From: Pseudomonadota bacterium
GTDB lineage: Bacteria; Bdellovibrionota; FAC87; UBA2466
DNA: 15,941 nt
Reading direction: 5' to 3'
Assembly (NCBI GenBank): GCA_043767805.1
Contig: JAYUGC010000047.1
Coordinates: 1 to 15,941, forward strand
Under the pieces are notes generated by a model, which was not told the origin of the DNA, made no database searches, and saw nothing but the letters and a program-made list of their open reading frames with translations. The position numbers were made by a program, and so were the translations under genes. Each line of letters opens with the position of its first letter. Position 1 is the first letter of the stretch. Below are positions 9,177-14,838 of this stretch, piece by piece.

Positions 9177-9829
9177 GCTCCACAGAATTCGGCGGTCTTC
9201 CGCGCGACTTCCTCGAGCACTTGGCCTTCCTTTCGCCCGGACGATTTCAAAACGGCGTAGCCGTGGTCGGCGCCTTGGAGCTCGTGAAGCGTTAGCCGAC
9301 GAAGTTTTTTGGCGAGCGGGCGAAGGAGGGTAAGGTCGGAGAGCGCGTCCCGCGTTCCTTGCAGAAAGAGCATCGGTTGTTTCACGGTTTTCAGATGCTC
9401 GGCTCGTTCCACGCCCGGCTCTTTCGGCGGGTGAAGCGGAAACCCAAAACAGACGATACCTCGCACCACCTCGATTTCCCCCAAGCTCGCCGCAGTAGTC
9501 GTCATCCGTCCGCCAAACGATCGGCCGCCCGCGAAAAGCGGAAGCTTCGGCGCGGCTTTCCTCGCCGCCGCGACCGCGGCAGCCACGGTGGCCACCGCGA
9601 CTTTCGGGCGGTCGGGGCGTTTCGTTCCGTTTTCCATATAGGGGAATTGATACCGAAACGTCGCCATCCCAGCTTTGTGGAGCGCTTTCGCGAGCGCCTC
9701 CATGGCTGGGTGTTTCATTCCGGCGCCCGCGCCATGGGCGAGTACGAGGAGGGCCCGCGCTTTGGCTGGAATTTCGAGAAGAGCGGAAACTTTTCCGGAT
9801 TGCGGGACGGTGAATTTAAGCGACGGCAT
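9173..9829 (-). CDS. Alpha/beta hydrolase, KANL3/Tex30-like family
   Basis: 218 aa with LAHGAGAGM, FQFPYM-like RYQFPYM, nucleophile elbow GRSFGG, FPLHPP, QGTRD (Asp) and ADHG (His). Confidence 0.9.
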   Translation of the reverse strand: MPSLKFTVPQSGKVSALLEIPAKARALLVLAHGAGAGMKHPAMEALAKALHKAGMATFRYQFPYMENGTKRPDRPKVAVATVAAAVAAARKAAPKLPLFAGGRSFGGRMTTTAASLGEIEVVRGIVCFGFPLHPPKEPGVERAEHLKTVKQPMLFLQGTRDALSDLTLLRPLAKKLRRLTLHELQGADHGYAVLKSSGRKEGQVLEEVARKTAEFCGA

Positions 9830-9838
9830 ACGCAGGGC

Positions 9839-9844
9839 ATTCTA
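9839..9844 (-). promoter_or_regulatory. Putative -10 element (TAGAAT) for the hydrolase gene
   Basis: The minus strand reads TAGAATgccctgcgtATG: 9-nt spacing and no SD. Confidence 0.4.
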
Positions 9845-9862
9845 GCGCGACTTCGCTTCTCG

Positions 9863-9868
9863 TACACT
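9863..9868 (+). promoter_or_regulatory. Putative -10 element (TACACT) driving the candidate ncRNA
   Basis: TACACT lies 9 nt upstream of the 5' strand of the terminal helix at 9878. A weak -35 (TTCTAG, 9840-9845) is at 17-nt spacing. Confidence 0.4.
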
Positions 9869-9877
9869 TAGCTTCGC

Positions 9878-10077
9878 GAGAGGGCATCTCGAAGCCCGAT
9901 CCGTACCTGGAAAGTGCCGCCGAGCGAGGAGCGAGGGGTGTCGAAGGTTTTGCCGTAGACTGAAGGATCTAGCTCATGGCGCGCTGTATTAGGTGGGCTC
10001 GACGTCCCGAGATGGGAATTTTCGGCATACCGGCATAAACTAGTAGAGTCCCTTCTTCCTTAGAGTACCGACCTCTC
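9878..10077 (+). ncRNA. Candidate ~200-nt structured RNA (6S-like rod or unknown motif)
   Basis: Non-coding interval whose ends pair (GAGAGG 9878-9883 / CCTCTC 10072-10077). Nested helices include GTGCCG/CGGCAT, CCGAG/TTCGG, GGGGTGTCGA/TCGACGTCCC and GCCGT/ATGGC. The non-Watson-Crick pairs are G-U on the + strand. Family not recognised. Confidence 0.55.
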
Positions 10078-10109
10078 TTCCTAAACCCTGTTCAGCGCTG
10101 GCGCCTTTC

Positions 10110-11231
10110 ATGAAAACCAAAGCCAAAAAAATTGCCGCCTATTCCGCCTTTTTGCTCTTCAGTCTTTCCATGGGCCTGCTGCTTACGGAAGGAATCATTC
10201 GCGTCTTTTCGCCCCATCGGACCATGGGAACTCTGATTGAGAAGGACGAGCTGGTCGGATACCACCACGCAAAAAATGCGAAGACCCAGTACATCATCGA
10301 AGGAAAAAGTTTTTCCATCCGAACCAATAACGTGGGACTGCGGCAGGATGAGTCTTTGGCAGAGGAGAAAAAGCCGGGAGAGAAAAGAATACTTTTTGTG
10401 GGTGCCTCCTTTCTCTTCGGTTGGGGTGTGGAGATTGAGCAGAGCTTTTTTCACGCTCTCAAAACCCAGCTCACTAATCTGTATCCGAACGAGCACCTCG
10501 TCTTCCTTAACGGGGGGCACGGAGGCTGGGGCACGGCGCAAATGCTGGCATACGTCGAACACTATTCTCCTCAGCTAAAACCGGACCTCATCTTTTTCTT
10601 CATGGGCCCGAATGACATCGAGGACACGAAGCGAACGCCCGGCATCTATCGCATGCAGGCCGATGGAACCCTGGTTGAGTCGAGGAGCGCAGAGGGTTTC
10701 GTCGAAAACCGCAATATCATTGCCCGTACGTTTCCGATCTACGATTGGCTGCTGTTTAACTCCTATCTCGTCCAGATGATTCGGCCTCCCCTGCGGGCGG
10801 TGATTGGGATTGCGCAAGATAAAATCGCAAGCTTGGGGTCGCGTAAAGAGAGCAGGGACGTCGCGTCCGCACCGGCGACCGTTTCGGAAAGCGACGACGT
10901 CGTCCGTTTGACCCAAGCCATGTTCTTGAGGCTGAAGCAAATCTGCGATCGCAGAAACGTCCCTCTCGTAGTCACCACCGTGGCCTCCGGTCCCCTGAAG
11001 ACCCATCTGGTTTGGAACCTCATGGGGAAATGGTTTCCGCTTCATCAGGTCGATTTCTTCGATAAGTCCGAGGAGATTGACCGGTTGGTCAAGGCGAGCG
11101 CGGTTCCGGTTTATATGAATGATGGGCATTTCAACGAGGCCGGGAACGCTTTATTTGCCAAGGCGGTGCTGCCCGCCTTCAAAACCCGGTTGGATGCTTT
11201 GAGCCTTACTTGGAAAAAGACCCCGCAATGA
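10110..11231 (+). CDS. Membrane-anchored SGNH/GDSL hydrolase family protein
   Basis: 373 aa with an N-terminal TM helix ending in LLLTEGIIR and the segment TNNVGLR. Block I RILFVGASFLFG, block II NGGHGGWGT, block III GPND, block V DGHFNEAGN. Confidence 0.85.
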   Translation: MKTKAKKIAAYSAFLLFSLSMGLLLTEGIIRVFSPHRTMGTLIEKDELVGYHHAKNAKTQYIIEGKSFSIRTNNVGLRQDESLAEEKKPGEKRILFVGASFLFGWGVEIEQSFFHALKTQLTNLYPNEHLVFLNGGHGGWGTAQMLAYVEHYSPQLKPDLIFFFMGPNDIEDTKRTPGIYRMQADGTLVESRSAEGFVENRNIIARTFPIYDWLLFNSYLVQMIRPPLRAVIGIAQDKIASLGSRKESRDVASAPATVSESDDVVRLTQAMFLRLKQICDRRNVPLVVTTVASGPLKTHLVWNLMGKWFPLHQVDFFDKSEEIDRLVKASAVPVYMNDGHFNEAGNALFAKAVLPAFKTRLDALSLTWKKTPQ

Positions 11232-11234
11232 CCT

Positions 11235-11591
11235 CTAGAAAAGGTCCTCGGGCCAGAGGAACTCGCCCCCGTGAGTGAGCCCTAGGAAGACGATCTGAGT
11301 GACGGCATCGAGATTGAGCGGGCCATAGAGATGGGGAAAGAGCTCTTCGCCGCCGGTGAGATTTTCGTACTTGAGTGGAGCTTTTAGTTTTCCAATTTCC
11401 ACTTTCAAAACCCCGAGGCCCGTCTGGCCTTTGTAGTATCTCTCCGCGGTGGCCTTGAGCTGAGGTTTGGAGGAGAGGTGGATGAAGCCTTCCTTCTCGA
11501 AGGCCTCGGGCATGTACTCGCCGCTACTTTGAGTCGCTATCCACCGCGCCTTCTCGAAAATGTGAAAGATGTGCTTTTCGGTCTTCGCCAT
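11235..11591 (-). CDS. DUF952 family protein
   Basis: Motifs IFHI, EGFIHLS, LKYE and ELFPHLYGPLNLDAV. Start reassigned from 11660 to the ATG at 11591 (118 aa), because family similarity begins there and a -10-like element sits 6 nt upstream. Confidence 0.9.
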   Translation of the reverse strand: MAKTEKHIFHIFEKARWIATQSSGEYMPEAFEKEGFIHLSSKPQLKATAERYYKGQTGLGVLKVEIGKLKAPLKYENLTGGEELFPHLYGPLNLDAVTQIVFLGLTHGGEFLWPEDLF

Positions 11592-11597
11592 GAGCCA

Positions 11598-11606
11598 AAG
11601 GTAGCA
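11598..11606 (-). promoter_or_regulatory. Putative extended -10 element (TGcTACCTT) 6 nt before the DUF952 ATG
   Basis: The minus strand reads TGCTACCTTtggctcATG, with no SD. Confidence 0.4.
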
Positions 11607-11635
11607 GAGCCAAACGCAAGTGGCACGGATCGGGC

Positions 11636-11670
11636 CGGCGTCACTTTGGGCGATGCTCAAAGTGATGCCG
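11636..11670. repeat. 16-bp inverted repeat / hairpin
   Basis: CGGCGTCACTTTGGGC-GAT-GCTCAAAGTGATGCCG: 14 of 16 pairs are Watson-Crick and two are G-U on the + strand. Confidence 0.75.
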
Positions 11671-11714
11671 TACCCTCTACCCGAATGTTTAATTCACAGT
11701 TCCGGAGCAATACA

Positions 11715-11967
11715 GGCGAGCCCCGTCGGTAGGCAGCACGAGCCGGCGAGCGACGAGGCCGCGCAGTAATCGCAGCCACGACTCTTTGCTTTCGCGCTCG
11801 CCGGATTGAAGCGCCAAGAGCACTTTCTCGCCAGAAGTCGTCGCTCCGACGATAACCAGCAGCGCCGTCTTTCGGTCTTCGATCCCGGCCTTTACGTACA
11901 AACCATCCGCCCACGCGTAAACGATGTCGAGCGAGGAGAGATCTCTCGTCTCCCACGCCGCGTACTC
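11715..11967 (-). pseudogene. IS256-family (mutator) transposase internal fragment
   Basis: The translation EYAAWETRDLSSLDIVYAWADGLYVKAGIEDRKTALLVIVGATTSGEKVLLALQSGERESKESWLRLLRGLVAR..DGA matches the IS256 catalytic-core segment from the first to the second Asp. Both ends of the ~400-aa protein are missing. Confidence 0.85.
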
Positions 11968-12009
11968 GCATGGTGTCATTTGTAATACATTTGAACTAGA
12001 GGTGATGAT

Positions 12010-12231
12010 ATGGGATGTATGCCACGCACTGTTCGATTGGATCGAGAGCTTGAGGACAAGGTGGGCGCTTATTGCCGCAAGAATGACGTCAGTCTCAACC
12101 GACTCGTAAATATGGCGGTGGAAAAATTTATTTCTGAACGCCAAGTCATTGAGATGGTTCCGCTCACTTCGGAAGATCTCAAGGACGGGCGTAAAGGCGG
12201 TCGGGAGGAAAAGGATGAGAGCGGAAAGTAA
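12010..12231 (+). CDS. Small ribbon-helix-helix DNA-binding protein (CopG/Arc or antitoxin-like)
   Basis: RTVRLDRELEDKVGAYCRKNDVSLNRLVNMAVEKFI shows the beta-strand plus two-helix RHH pattern. A GAGGTG SD lies at 11999-12004. The start is 12010 or 12019. Confidence 0.7.
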   Translation: MGCMPRTVRLDRELEDKVGAYCRKNDVSLNRLVNMAVEKFISERQVIEMVPLTSEDLKDGRKGGREEKDESGK

Positions 12232-12238
12232 CTCCCGC

Positions 12239-12787
12239 TTAGCCCGGCATAACCGAAGGCCGCGATTTCCACCGTCTTAATTTTCTTTCGATCGGCCAGT
12301 TAAATGCGAAGGTGATAGCTCCGGCGCCGAGAATCCAAAACAGGAGCCATTCATCCAGGCGCAGGGATCCGAGACAACCAAAGAGCAGCACACTAAGTAG
12401 GAGGACGGTAATAATTCCCGCTGGCCGATAGGCGCCAAGGATGCGCTGTTCGTCGATGGTAAAAAATAGATAGGTCAACGCCTGCCCAACGACCATCCAC
12501 ATCAGCCCACAACCGAAAAAGCACAGCCCCGGATGAATCTCCATCAGAAACTCCGGCATGAGTCCCGCCGAATCGAATAGGGACAGCCCGAACTGTGGAC
12601 ACATCAGAAGCGTGACAAAGCTTCCCAAAACATGAAAGCCAAAGAACTTAGCCAGGGCCACAGGGAGTGAAGGATTTAGTGCGGAATGAATTTTCTGGAA
12701 CAAGGCCTCTTCAATTGCCTTGGGAGGAGACTCCCCCTTGGCGGCCACGAAGGCTGAGAATTCTTTCATTTCGTTCGGATCTTTCAC
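12239..12787 (-). CDS. Membrane protein with about 4 TM helices, probable anti-sigma factor
   Basis: 182 aa. Its GTG start overlaps the ECF stop codon (GTGA). A soluble N-terminus with PP (SPPKAIEEALFQKI) precedes TM helices carrying H..., MCPQFG and MEIHPGLCFFGCG. Confidence 0.75.
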   Translation of the reverse strand: MKDPNEMKEFSAFVAAKGESPPKAIEEALFQKIHSALNPSLPVALAKFFGFHVLGSFVTLLMCPQFGLSLFDSAGLMPEFLMEIHPGLCFFGCGLMWMVVGQALTYLFFTIDEQRILGAYRPAGIITVLLLSVLLFGCLGSLRLDEWLLFWILGAGAITFAFNWPIERKLRRWKSRPSVMPG

Positions 12788-13341
12788 TTCAATATGCCTC
12801 TTACCTTTCGCACGGCTCGACTGATCAGCTGTCGTGCGTTCCCAGCTGAAGTATTCAACTCCCTCGCGATGTCCTCAAATTTGAAGGCTTTGTCGTAACG
12901 AAGCCGAATCGCCTCTCTCTCCATGGGGGTCATCTGCTGAAGCGCTTCTTCCAGCCGTGTCTGGGCGGAGGAGTCATCCAGGGGTTGCCCTGAGGTCTCT
13001 TCAAAGTTTCCCTCTGCAAGGGGTGCAACCACAGTGCGCTTTTGAGACCTCAAATGGTCCCTAACCACATTACGGCTGATGCTGAATAGCCAAGCTGAGA
13101 AAGGTCGCTCCGGATTGTATCGGCTGCGCGACCGATGCAAATTCAAGAAAACCGCCTGAAATAAATCCTCCGCGACTCTAGGGTCCGTGAGCCGTTTGGT
13201 GAGATAGCCAAAAACCCGCCCTTTATAGCGGGAAAAGAGTTCCTGAAAAGCCCTATCGTCCCCGTTTATATATAGCGCCATGAGTCGTTCGTCCGCTGCT
13301 TGCTCATAAGTAGATACGTCTATTTGAGGGGTTTGTGACAT
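12784..13341 (-). CDS. RNA polymerase sigma-70 factor, ECF subfamily
   Basis: Region 2 (GDDRAFQELFSRY, AEDLFQAVFL, FSAWLFSISRN..RDHLR) and region 4 (MTPMEREAIRLRY...FEDIARELNTS...LISRA). The start may instead be the ATG at 13281. Confidence 0.95.
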   Translation of the reverse strand: MSQTPQIDVSTYEQAADERLMALYINGDDRAFQELFSRYKGRVFGYLTKRLTDPRVAEDLFQAVFLNLHRSRSRYNPERPFSAWLFSISRNVVRDHLRSQKRTVVAPLAEGNFEETSGQPLDDSSAQTRLEEALQQMTPMEREAIRLRYDKAFKFEDIARELNTSAGNARQLISRAVRKVRGILK

Positions 13342-13342
13342 G
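13314..13342 (-). promoter_or_regulatory. Putative ECF-dependent autoregulatory promoter
   Basis: The minus strand reads CATGTCACAAA-cccctcaaataga-CGTAT, with the same boxes and spacing as the divergent copy at 13454-13482. Confidence 0.7.
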
Positions 13343-13453
13343 AGGGTTCGATTAATAATTATGGATTATAACCCTTTAAAACCACTAAATAATTCACCAA
13401 AAAACTCCGATGAGAAAGGATGACCCGTATCAGGCATTGGTTCTCTTTCACCC

Positions 13454-13482
13454 CATGTCACAAAGGCACGTGGCGCGCGTAT
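13454..13482 (+). promoter_or_regulatory. Putative ECF-dependent promoter of the efflux operon
   Basis: CATGTCACAAA-ggcacgtggcgcg-CGTAT, ending 21 nt upstream of the TolC ATG. TGTCAC and CGT boxes are typical of ECF -35/-10 elements. Confidence 0.72.
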
Positions 13483-13503
13483 TCGTAGGTAGAAGAGTAA
13501 GCC

Positions 13504-14832
13504 ATGCATCAAGTCGCAAAATTAAAAATCTCACCCCTCTCGGTGGCCCTGCTTTGCCTGCTCGGGCAGGCGCAGATCTCACACGCGGACCATCTCGAAT
13601 TTCCAACTCCGACCAATGCCGCTCCCATCACACTGCAGAGCCTTATTTCAGAAGCCGTGGAAAAGAATGCGGAGCTGAGGGCCTCCAAGGCTGAAGTCGT
13701 GTCCCGTGAAGCCGAGGCAGGGCCTGCGGGATCTTATGAAGATCCCATGCTCAGCTTCGAGGCAATGAACTATCCGGTGGATACGCTCAGCCAAAGAGAA
13801 TTTGGCATGACCGGAAATCAAATCAGCTTAACGCAGAAAATTCCCTTCCCTGGAAAGCTGTCGAAACGTAGTCGGGCCGCCGGCCTGGAAGCTGAGGCGC
13901 AGAAGGAGATGTCTGAAATAAAACGTCTCGATCTCATCAAGAACCTGAAACTTGCCTACTACGATCTGTCTTTCGCCTTTAAGAAGTATGACTCGCTAGG
14001 CGAGCAGAGAAAGATCCTCAACCAGTTGGTCACCATCACGCGCAATAACTATTCTCTCGGAAAGGCCCCTCAGGCCGAAGTATTGAGCCTGCAGGTAGAA
14101 GAAGCGAGCCTTCTCGATCAGCTCCTTACTGTAGAAAAGCAAATCAAAGCGAAATTGGGAGTGGTGAACCACCTCCTCGGAAGAGCGGACCATAGCCAAT
14201 ATGTCTATGGCCGGCCGGAAGCAATTAAGAAAACGCCATTTGGTTTTTCGCACCATTCTGAAAAAACGTTGGCCGATAAGGCCATTCTCAAAAGTCCGAT
14301 GATTAAGACCAAGATAGCGAAGGTCAGTGCGACGGAAGCACGCCTGTCTTACGCCAAATGGAACTACCTCCCGGATTTTGAGTTCAAAGCTGGCTACTCT
14401 TTTCGTAAGCCGAGCCCTAACGACCGAGGTGTCGATTTTGTCTCCGTAATGGTGGGTATCACCCTTCCTATTTGGGCAGGAACCAAGCAATCAGAGGAAA
14501 GGAGAGGGGCAGAAGCGGAAAAGATACGCGCCGAAGCGCTGCTAGATGAAGAGCGCAACAATCTCTCTCATATGGTTCATGTCATCTATGCAGAGCTCGA
14601 AGAATCCAATAAGAGGCTTCAGCTCTTTGAAGGAGGGATTCTCCCCCTTAGCCGCCAAGCGGTCGTAGCTGGTCGCTCGGCCTATCTCACTAAGAAGATT
14701 GACTACGCAACTTTGCTAAACGCGGTCAACAAGCAGTTCCAGATGGAAGTCAGCCACGCGGAGGCGCTTACCGCCTATGAGTCCAAGATCGCGGAGATTG
14801 AGGCACTCATCGGAGAGCCCGTTGGAGATTGA
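13504..14832 (+). CDS. TolC-family outer membrane efflux protein (CusC/CzcC-like)
   Basis: 442 aa with a signal peptide and two OEP repeats (AVEKNAELRA, EDPMLS, LTQKIPFPGKL; SPMIK, YLPDF, GITLPIW, AY...KIDY). First gene of a heavy-metal RND operon. Confidence 0.93.
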   Translation: MHQVAKLKISPLSVALLCLLGQAQISHADHLEFPTPTNAAPITLQSLISEAVEKNAELRASKAEVVSREAEAGPAGSYEDPMLSFEAMNYPVDTLSQREFGMTGNQISLTQKIPFPGKLSKRSRAAGLEAEAQKEMSEIKRLDLIKNLKLAYYDLSFAFKKYDSLGEQRKILNQLVTITRNNYSLGKAPQAEVLSLQVEEASLLDQLLTVEKQIKAKLGVVNHLLGRADHSQYVYGRPEAIKKTPFGFSHHSEKTLADKAILKSPMIKTKIAKVSATEARLSYAKWNYLPDFEFKAGYSFRKPSPNDRGVDFVSVMVGITLPIWAGTKQSEERRGAEAEKIRAEALLDEERNNLSHMVHVIYAELEESNKRLQLFEGGILPLSRQAVVAGRSAYLTKKIDYATLLNAVNKQFQMEVSHAEALTAYESKIAEIEALIGEPVGD

Positions 14833-14838
14833 TTGAAC

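Noticed and set aside
9878..10077. Assignment of the candidate RNA to tmRNA, RNase P RNA, SRP RNA, or glycine/SAM-I/glmS elements
   Set aside because: Only fragmentary resemblances (GGAAAGTGCC, CCGGCATA, TAAACTAGTAG, CGCCGA). There is no tRNA-like domain or CCA, no GAGGAAAGTCC, no SRP domain IV and no complete aptamer consensus.
11621..11635. Sigma54-like TGGCAC-N5-GGGC
   Set aside because: The -24 box is good but the -12 box lacks the TTGC consensus, and no + strand gene follows.
11592..11660. N-terminal extension of DUF952 in the ORF track
   Set aside because: Not family-like, and it runs through the hairpin and the putative promoter. The ATG at 11591 is preferred.
11689..12144. 151-aa ORF as an intact transposase
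   Set aside because: Only about 11715-11967 resembles IS256. The N-terminal part is the antisense of the RHH gene and its upstream region.
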